From contig CAYIYR010000004.1 of the NCBI GenBank assembly GCA_964367815.1, positions 3,236 through 67,235 on the forward strand: 64,000 bases of DNA. The letters are read 5' to 3'. The notes beneath the pieces were generated by a model. It was not told where the DNA came from. It saw nothing but the letters and a program-made list of their open reading frames with translations, and did no database searches. This DNA comes from an uncultured Eubacteriales bacterium (GTDB lineage: Bacteria > Bacillota_I > Bacilli_A > RFN20 > UBA1709). Shown one piece after another: positions 57,665 to 64,000 of the stretch (its first letter is position 1; each line of letters starts with the position of its first letter). The position numbers and the translations under genes were made by a program.

Positions 57665-58682
57665 AAATAAGACAATAAAAGTAATCGTTCTTTCATTGCT
57701 GCATTTAGTTGTAGATTTTTTGTGTGCTTATATTGTTGTTACCAAGCTCTACAACCGCGTTGATAATAATCAAGTTTATACCGTTTTTATCATCTATAAT
57801 CTTTTGGCTTTTGTCACACAACCTCTAGTTGGACTGCTAATTGACAAAGCGAAAAATGAGAAAGTCTTCCTAAATGGATCTCTGGTTCTTCTCATAATTG
57901 GTTGTTTGGTTTTTCGTTCTTTCTGGATATCGGTAATCCTGTTAGGATTAGGCAATTCTTTCTTTCATGTAGCTGGAGGCAAGATTACTTATAATACTGC
58001 CAACAATAAGCTGAAAAACCTTGGCATATTTGTTTCATTAGGTGCCATTGGATTGACAGCAGGCATGTATTTTTCTTATTCATCTGTTTTGATAACTATT
58101 GTTGTAATGCTTGCCATACTTACCATAATCTTTAACTTGCTAAAGGAAGAAGTAGTTGAGATTACACCTGTCCCAATGAAACAGTCATCACCACGCAACA
58201 TTTTCTTAATCATAGCGTTGATGTTTATTGTTCTGCTTAGAGGAATTATTGGCAAGGGAATAAATTTTGGCTGGCCTAGCACAAATGTTGACTGGTTATT
58301 CATTGCTATTGCCATTAGCCTAGGCAAGATTTTAGGTGGTATTCTAGCGGATTCCATCGGAATAAAACTAACCGCTATCATAACCATGGCTATTTCTGTA
58401 ATTTGTTTGGGTTTCTTACCTAATTATATGATAGCAACTCTTATTGGCTTAGTAGCATTCAATGCTACCATGCCGATAACATTATATCTTTTGAATTCAC
58501 GGCTAATAAATCACGAGGGTCTTTCCTTCGGCTTATTAGCAGCAACTCTTTTCCCTGGCTACCTAATTGGAACAGAAATAAGTGCTATCGCTTTAAATCC
58601 CATAATTCAAATGCTTGTTACGGCCTTTTTCACGCTAGCAATCATCATTTATGTAAACAAAAAGGAGGTAATCCTCCCATGA
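57657..58682 (+). CDS. Polytopic membrane protein, possibly MFS-like
   Basis: About 341 aa from MLKNKTIKV, 10 or more TM helices; GLLIDKAKNEKVF resembles MFS motif A. Overlaps both neighbours, suggesting an operon. Confidence 0.45.
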   Translation: MLKNKTIKVIVLSLLHLVVDFLCAYIVVTKLYNRVDNNQVYTVFIIYNLLAFVTQPLVGLLIDKAKNEKVFLNGSLVLLIIGCLVFRSFWISVILLGLGNSFFHVAGGKITYNTANNKLKNLGIFVSLGAIGLTAGMYFSYSSVLITIVVMLAILTIIFNLLKEEVVEITPVPMKQSSPRNIFLIIALMFIVLLRGIIGKGINFGWPSTNVDWLFIAIAISLGKILGGILADSIGIKLTAIITMAISVICLGFLPNYMIATLIGLVAFNATMPITLYLLNSRLINHEGLSFGLLAATLFPGYLIGTEISAIALNPIIQMLVTAFFTLAIIIYVNKKEVILP

Positions 58683-59020
58683 TTGATATTTGGCTGCTTA
58701 TCTTTAATCTTTGCTTCACAATTATTATTGAGTTGCTTGTATTCTTCTGCTTACGAATCAAAGACAATCGCTTGTTTAAAAGATTATTCTTAGTTAATTT
58801 ACTAACTAATGTCCCTGTGAACATCATGCTTCAATTATTAATCACTCTGCCACCACTATACTATTGGCTAATAACTATTGCAGCGGAAATTGCAGTAGTA
58901 ATCGTTGAAGCCGAAATATACAATCATATAATTAACAACAAAAAGAAATCCTACCAGCTTTCGCTTGTCTGTAATTTGATTAGTTTTCTAATTGGAATAA
59001 TTATTGGTTTAATCTTCTAA
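58679..59020 (+). CDS. Small hydrophobic membrane protein, unknown function
   Basis: 113 aa with three predicted TM helices; ATGA overlap with the upstream gene. Confidence 0.4.
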   Translation: MIDIWLLIFNLCFTIIIELLVFFCLRIKDNRLFKRLFLVNLLTNVPVNIMLQLLITLPPLYYWLITIAAEIAVVIVEAEIYNHIINNKKKSYQLSLVCNLISFLIGIIIGLIF

Positions 59021-59070
59021 TAAAAATCTTAGCTTATAAATGGCGACCGTCAATGAATTAATTTATTCAC

Positions 59071-60870
59071 TTAGTCTTCATTCCCTCCTTTGGGATTATA
59101 ATCAGCTGGTATTGTAACCTTTGCATCCGTACCAACACCAATTGTTGAAGTAACATAAAGTGATGAACCTTCAATTACTTTTAATATCCGATACTTAATG
59201 TTTTTAATCCCGCAGCAATCAATTTTGCCGGAAAGTTCACTATAATTAAAACCTACTCCATCATCAATAATTTCTACGATGTAGTTTTGACCTTCTTTGT
59301 AAGTCTTGATTGTTACCGTTCCCCCATTCGCTTTCTTAGAAATACCATGTTTAATGGCATTTTCAACTAACGGCTGGATTGTTAATGGTGGAACAAAGAA
59401 ATCTTTCTCCTTAATATCATAATTAACATGTAAACGATCACTAGAATTAACTAATTCTAGATTAACATAAGTTTCTATATGCTCAAGTTCTTTGGAAAAA
59501 GGAATCGGATCCGAATTGCTAATGGTATTGATATTTGACCTTAGATAATTCGAAAGATCACAGATCATTTTATCAGCTTTTTGGGGCGACTTCAGAATCA
59601 TTGCTCGAATGACATCAAGGGTATTATAGAGGAAATTCGGCCTAATTTGACTCATCATCAGTTGAATTCGGCTATCTTGTAGCTGGAGTGTCAAATGCTG
59701 ATTCTCTTCTAACTTCGCAGATAAACGATAGATAATAAGTAAGGCTTGGATTAGAATATAAGCCGATGTAAAAATCATAAAGCAATACTTATTATCAACA
59801 TAACCATTTACCAAGTAGCTAGATGTAATGTGAGCACAGCCAAAGAAAAGTAAAGTATAAGCAATAAATTCGGTCTTGGCAAAGCGAATTTTCTTTTTGA
59901 CTAAGCGATAAATTAGGATACCACAAGAAGCTGCTACCATTGTCATTAAAAGAATTGCTGATACAATTACTGTTTCGCCTAAATCATAAATTCCCAATAC
60001 TTGCAATAACCAGCAAACTAAGAAATACAAAGTGAAGAATACCATCAAAAGATTAATCCAACGATTAAAAACATGGGGACTCTTCTCTTTTATGAATGCT
60101 AAAAAAGGGAATGGTAAAAGTAGCAAGGCGAAATACAATACTAGTGAACTAATATAAGAGTTTATAAAGCCGAATTCCGGCAAAGGAGTTAAGGCAAAGA
60201 TCATAACAGCAACTATCATTGCTGTCTCGGCAATATACCTGACACTCTTCACCTTTAATCTGGGATTCTTGATAGTAAAATAGTAGATAAAGAAAACAAT
60301 TCCCATCGCAAATAAAACAATTCCAAAAATGCAATCAAATAAACTATTATTTAGCAGGAAATTCCGGACTTTTCCTTCATTTCCCATATAGATATCATTA
60401 ACTCTTCCATTATAAAAATTATAATTAGAATGAATACTTAATTCGATCTGTTTGCTGGAATCAGTACTATCAACATTAATCAAATTCCAATTGTTTGGTG
60501 AACTCTTACCGCCAATTACACTAGACCTTACATCATATTCATAAACCTTGATGCCATCTATTGAGGCAATGACTTCAGAATTAAGTGAATAAAAAGCAAT
60601 AACATAGCCATCGGGAATATCAGAAGGCAATGTATTATAAATGATTAATGTCTCTCCAGTCTTTAGTTTCACGCGGTTTGAGAAATCTAAGTCAATCTTT
60701 TCTCCGTCTTTATAATAAAACCATCCTGAATTATAATTGGATATCATTGTTTGAGTCTGAATATTTCCGCTTCGAAAACTATAAATGAACGCTACAAAAA
60801 CCGTAAACGTCGCCATAGCGCATAGGACAATAATTGAAAATCGTTGCACTCGCCTTTTCCACTTCTTCAT
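59071..60870 (-). CDS. 7TM-receptor (7TMR-DISM-like) sensor histidine kinase of the LytS/YesM (PF06580) family with the phospho-acceptor His replaced by Asn
   Basis: 599 aa. Signal/TM, a roughly 150-aa extracytoplasmic domain, 7 TM helices, then an H-box region SQIRPNFLYNTL (family consensus ..P-H-FL.N.L) and an intact HATPase_c (LVENAIKHG, DDGVGF). The Asn codon AAT was read directly from the DNA. No response regulator is adjacent. Confidence 0.75.
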   Translation of the reverse strand: MKKWKRRVQRFSIIVLCAMATFTVFVAFIYSFRSGNIQTQTMISNYNSGWFYYKDGEKIDLDFSNRVKLKTGETLIIYNTLPSDIPDGYVIAFYSLNSEVIASIDGIKVYEYDVRSSVIGGKSSPNNWNLINVDSTDSSKQIELSIHSNYNFYNGRVNDIYMGNEGKVRNFLLNNSLFDCIFGIVLFAMGIVFFIYYFTIKNPRLKVKSVRYIAETAMIVAVMIFALTPLPEFGFINSYISSLVLYFALLLLPFPFLAFIKEKSPHVFNRWINLLMVFFTLYFLVCWLLQVLGIYDLGETVIVSAILLMTMVAASCGILIYRLVKKKIRFAKTEFIAYTLLFFGCAHITSSYLVNGYVDNKYCFMIFTSAYILIQALLIIYRLSAKLEENQHLTLQLQDSRIQLMMSQIRPNFLYNTLDVIRAMILKSPQKADKMICDLSNYLRSNINTISNSDPIPFSKELEHIETYVNLELVNSSDRLHVNYDIKEKDFFVPPLTIQPLVENAIKHGISKKANGGTVTIKTYKEGQNYIVEIIDDGVGFNYSELSGKIDCCGIKNIKYRILKVIEGSSLYVTSTIGVGTDAKVTIPADYNPKGGNED

Positions 60871-60949
60871 ATGATACCCTCAAAGTTTGTTCTTTATTTT
60901 ATAATACTACTATATCACTCAATAGTAAAATATTTTTTTATTAAGTTAA

Positions 60950-60988
60950 TAAAAAACCTACCAGATGTTTCCAGTAGGGTTTTTTTCA
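60950..60988. terminator. Terminator downstream of rsmH (bidirectional hairpin with flanking A/T runs)
   Basis: CCTAC...GTAGG stem with inner wobble pairs, an A6 run upstream and a T7 run downstream. Confidence 0.5.
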
Positions 60989-60991
60989 TAT

Positions 60992-61933
60992 TTAGAGACG
61001 TTCGATAATTCTGAGCTTAGCACTATGGGCGCGATTGTTTATCTCAATTTCCTCTTCCGTTGGAAGAATCGGCTTAGGAGTGATTAAACGAAATGCGATT
61101 TTCTCACTCTTTGTGGAAATTGGTAAACCCCGATGCCAAGGGGATCCCGACGTTTTCTCTTTAAATAATTGCTTGACAATTCGGTCTTCAAGTGAATGGA
61201 AAGTGATAACGCAAAGTCTGCCACCACTACCCAATAAATTCAGTGCCTGTTCAAGGCTCTCTTTGAGAATTGTCAATTCGCCATTAACTTCTATTCTTAT
61301 CGCTTGGAAAGTACGCTTAGCTGGATGCCCCTTTTCCCGTTTGGCGATACCAGGAATAGCAGCACTAATAATATCAACTAATTCGTAAGTAGTTTCAATC
61401 TCTTTGACCGCCCTTGCTTTTACAATTGCATCAGCAATTCTTCTAGCATAGCGCTCTTCACCGTATTCATAAATAATCTTCGACAGTTTTTCAACGCTAT
61501 AGGAATTGACCACCGTCTTGGCACTTAAACTTTGACTTTGATCCATCCGCATATCAAGCGTAGCATTGCGGTTGTATGAGAACCCCCGCTCCGCTTGGTT
61601 TAATTGAAAGGAAGAGACACCAAGATCAAAAATAATACCGTCTGCACGAGTGACATCGTACCATGATAATTCCGCTTTCATGTTTTTGAAATTAGCATGG
61701 ATTAATGTGTAATTTTGAGAAGAGAGAGAGGACAGACGTTTTCTAGATGCCTCTATAGCAGTCAAATCTTGATCGAAACAATAAAGATGACCACTGGTAC
61801 TTAATTCCTTTAATATATGATAACTATGTCCCGCAGCACCGGTGGTGGCGTCGACATATATACCATCTGGTTTAATATTTAGACCTTCTATACATTCTTT
61901 GAGCAATACTGGGATATGGAAGAACTCAACCAT
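60992..61933 (-). CDS. rsmH: 16S rRNA (cytosine1402-N4)-methyltransferase RsmH (MraW)
   Basis: 313 aa with SAM-binding motifs (YVDATTGAAGHS, DLGVSS). Confidence 0.9.
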   Translation of the reverse strand: MVEFFHIPVLLKECIEGLNIKPDGIYVDATTGAAGHSYHILKELSTSGHLYCFDQDLTAIEASRKRLSSLSSQNYTLIHANFKNMKAELSWYDVTRADGIIFDLGVSSFQLNQAERGFSYNRNATLDMRMDQSQSLSAKTVVNSYSVEKLSKIIYEYGEERYARRIADAIVKARAVKEIETTYELVDIISAAIPGIAKREKGHPAKRTFQAIRIEVNGELTILKESLEQALNLLGSGGRLCVITFHSLEDRIVKQLFKEKTSGSPWHRGLPISTKSEKIAFRLITPKPILPTEEEIEINNRAHSAKLRIIERL

Positions 61934-62355
61934 TAGGTGTCAAGCTTCTCTGCGAGTTCATCAAATGAATCGCATGCATCAGCATAATATTGTTCCCATT
62001 TTTCTTTTGCCCAAATTTCGATATGATCTAAATTTCCGACAATGACAATTTCTTTCTTGATATCAATTTTATCAATCAATGTCTGTGGCAAGATTACACG
62101 ACCATGTGAATCGCAGATGCAATCACATGCACTACCAGCTATCATTCTGACATGTTTACGATGATCAGCATGATTATCTTTTAACTCCAAGAGTTTTTCT
62201 TGCAGTTTTTCCCATTCATTCTCAGTATAAATTGATAAACACTTGTCATAGCCCAAAGTGATAACCGCATTTTCACCAATTTTGGAGCGGAATTTTGCAG
62301 GGATTATGATACGATTTTTTTCATCGATATTGTGATAATACTGACCTATGAACAT
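61933..62355 (-). CDS. mraZ: Transcriptional regulator MraZ
   Basis: 140 aa. Duplicated SpoVT/AbrB-like halves with DxxxR motifs. Confidence 0.85.
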   Translation of the reverse strand: MFIGQYYHNIDEKNRIIIPAKFRSKIGENAVITLGYDKCLSIYTENEWEKLQEKLLELKDNHADHRKHVRMIAGSACDCICDSHGRVILPQTLIDKIDIKKEIVIVGNLDHIEIWAKEKWEQYYADACDSFDELAEKLDT

Positions 62356-62366
62356 ATCTTATCCCT

Positions 62367-62395
62367 CCCACTTTGTTCCACGTGAAACCACTTTG
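62367..62395 (-). promoter_or_regulatory. Putative MraZ operator: three GTGG(G/T/A) direct repeats at about 10-11-bp periodicity in the mraZ 5' UTR
   Basis: Minus strand reads AAAGTGGtttcacGTGGaacaaaGTGGGAGGGATAAGAT-ATG. Upstream is the promoter TTTACA-17-TATTAT. Confidence 0.5.
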
Positions 62396-62571
62396 TATCA
62401 CAATAATAGCAACTTTCCTTCCACTTGTAAAGTACTTTCTAAGAAAAAATAGTAATGACACTTATGAATGCTTGTTGAGTTTTTAAGCGATTTTGAAACT
62501 CCTACTCTTTATAAAGATTGTAAAATCTTTAGAAATATGCTATATTGTTAGGCATATTAGGAGGAATCCGC

Positions 62572-63927
62572 ATGAAGATAGTAATTATTGGTGATGGTAA
62601 GGTTGGTCGGGCAATTACCGAACACATTAGCCAAGAAGGCCATGAAATCGTAGTTATCGACAAAAATCCACACAATATTGAAAAACTAATTGATACCTAT
62701 GATGTTATGGGAATCTGTGGCAATGGAGCAAGTTATGATATCCAGGTTGAAGCTAGAGTTCAAGAAGCTGATTTGCTAATTGCAGCAACTAGCATGGATG
62801 AAGTAAATATCTTTAGTTGCGTACTTGCTAAAAAGCTTGGTGCGAAAGACACCATTGCCAGAGTTCGTAATCCTGAATACCATTCACAAGTCCAATTCAT
62901 GAAGGATGCTCTCGGTATCTCCATGATCATCAACCCCGAATATGAAACCGCAATGGAAATTGTTCGGATGATTGACTTTCCCGGCGCATTAAAAGTTGAA
63001 AAGTTTGCTGGTGGGAAAGTAGAATTAATCGAAGGAATTATTGAAGATAAGAGTCCCCTAGTAGGTCAGACTCTATTAAATATTCGCAACAAATACCAAA
63101 TCCAGATTTTAGTTTGCGCTGTTCAAAGAGAAAATGAGGTTTTCATTCCGACTGGAAACTTTGTTCTGCAGGCCAAGGATAAGATCCATTTGGCAGCTCG
63201 TAGAGAGAATCTCTTAGCATTTTTTGCTGCCGTTGGTGCTGATCAAGAAAAAATTGACAATATCATGATTATTGGTGGAGGCAAGATAGCTTACTACTTA
63301 ATCGATGAACTATTAAAGTCTAGATATCACGTAAAAGTGATTGAGTATGATGAAGCTCGTTGTCATGAATTAAGCGAATTATTTCCAAAGGCCGCCATTA
63401 TTCATGCCGATGGAACTGATCAAGATATCTTAAAAGAAGAAGGCAGCAATTCTGCTGGTGCTATCATTTCACTAACAAATATTGATGAAGAAAACATGGT
63501 TATCTCCATGTATGCTCAACAATGTGGAATCAACAAAATTATTCTTAAAATAAATCGTAATTCTCTTGCTCAAATGATTCAATCGGTCCGAGTCGCTAGC
63601 GTTATAGCGCCAAAGGATGTAACGGCCAATCAAGTATTAAGTTATGTCCGAGCCAAAGCCAATAATCGTGGTAGCAAAGTTGTTACTCTTTATAAACTTG
63701 TTAACAATTTAGTCGAAGCCTTGGAATTTGAAATAAACGAAAGTGCTCTGATTATTAACATTCCTTTGAAAGATCTTCATGTTCGTGAAAACATTCTAAT
63801 AGCTTGTATTATTCGCAATGGTGAAGTAATTGTTCCTAATGGTGAAGATGTTATCAAATTGAATGATAATGTAATTGTCGTTACTGCCAATGCTCACCTT
63901 GAAGACATTAATGAAATTCGTGGGTAA
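62572..63927 (+). CDS. trkA: Trk system potassium uptake protein TrkA (tandem RCK domains)
   Basis: RBS GGAGG before ATG at 62572. Two NAD-binding Rossmann motifs (IIGDGKVGRAI and IIGGGKIAYYL). Confidence 0.85.
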   Translation: MKIVIIGDGKVGRAITEHISQEGHEIVVIDKNPHNIEKLIDTYDVMGICGNGASYDIQVEARVQEADLLIAATSMDEVNIFSCVLAKKLGAKDTIARVRNPEYHSQVQFMKDALGISMIINPEYETAMEIVRMIDFPGALKVEKFAGGKVELIEGIIEDKSPLVGQTLLNIRNKYQIQILVCAVQRENEVFIPTGNFVLQAKDKIHLAARRENLLAFFAAVGADQEKIDNIMIIGGGKIAYYLIDELLKSRYHVKVIEYDEARCHELSELFPKAAIIHADGTDQDILKEEGSNSAGAIISLTNIDEENMVISMYAQQCGINKIILKINRNSLAQMIQSVRVASVIAPKDVTANQVLSYVRAKANNRGSKVVTLYKLVNNLVEALEFEINESALIINIPLKDLHVRENILIACIIRNGEVIVPNGEDVIKLNDNVIVVTANAHLEDINEIRG

Positions 63928-63944
63928 TTTAACATGAACTACAA

Positions 63945-64000
63945 AAGCGTCAGAAATATTCTCAGTAAAATATTAAAACTTGAAGCAATACTTATGGTGC
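63945..64000 (+). CDS. Partial CDS (N-terminus), possibly TrkH/KtrB-type K+ transporter membrane subunit
   Basis: ATG 17 nt after the trkA stop (MNYKSVRNILSKILKLEAILMV...). Assignment is by position only. Confidence 0.3.

Noticed and set aside
180-61388. Numerous 60-150-aa antisense or alternate-frame ORFs in the track, e.g. 180-389, 854-1084, 2871-3110, 6000-6192, 20756-21196, 21356-21556, 32539-33255, 43135-43383, 44203-44550, 56558-56890, 58076-58387, 61035-61388
   Set aside because: Each lies wholly within a longer ORF that has strong family-specific motifs on the other strand or frame. They show compositional artefacts of AT-rich DNA and have no RBS or domain support.

Overview
This is a low-GC window from what looks like an endospore-forming Firmicute chromosome. 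Nearly all genes are on the minus strand, and the backbone is syntenic with the Bacillus division-and-sporulation region. In minus-strand transcription order (from high to low coordinates) it runs mraZ-rsmH ... spoVD/pbp-murE-mraY-murD ... ftsW-murG-murB-ftsA-ftsZ, then spoIIGA-sigE-sigG-ylmC-sepF, a T-box leader and ileS-lspA-rluD, then a dCMP deaminase, an M42 peptidase, rnhC, mutS2, uvrC, gerE, a GerM-like protein, a P-type ATPase and a tRNA-Arg. The dcw cluster is broken twice. A roughly 25-kb accessory island (26.1-51.6 kb) sits between ftsW and murD. It carries a class-III-like PHA synthase pair, an ABC transporter with an unusual leader, a DtxR-family regulator, feoAB plus a small Cys-rich FeoB-associated protein, a TupABC-like tungstate/molybdate transporter, Moco biosynthesis genes, a tungsten-type aldehyde:ferredoxin oxidoreductase cassette, an Fe-ADH, a B12-binding radical-SAM protein and a Y-family polymerase with YolD. 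A roughly 3.8-kb block (57.2-60.9 kb) sits between rsmH and the PBP, in the position where ftsL is expected. It holds a 7TM LytS/YesM-type sensor kinase whose phospho-acceptor His is replaced by Asn, plus three small secreted/membrane genes. The most unusual signal is at 28848-29049, upstream of a COG2984-type ABC transporter: a strongly ribosome-bound 24-codon ORF encoding ...NFYFYYFYY..., followed by mutually exclusive hairpins built on two identical 10-mers and a strong intrinsic terminator. Coordinates of small features derived by hand may be off by 1-2 nt.
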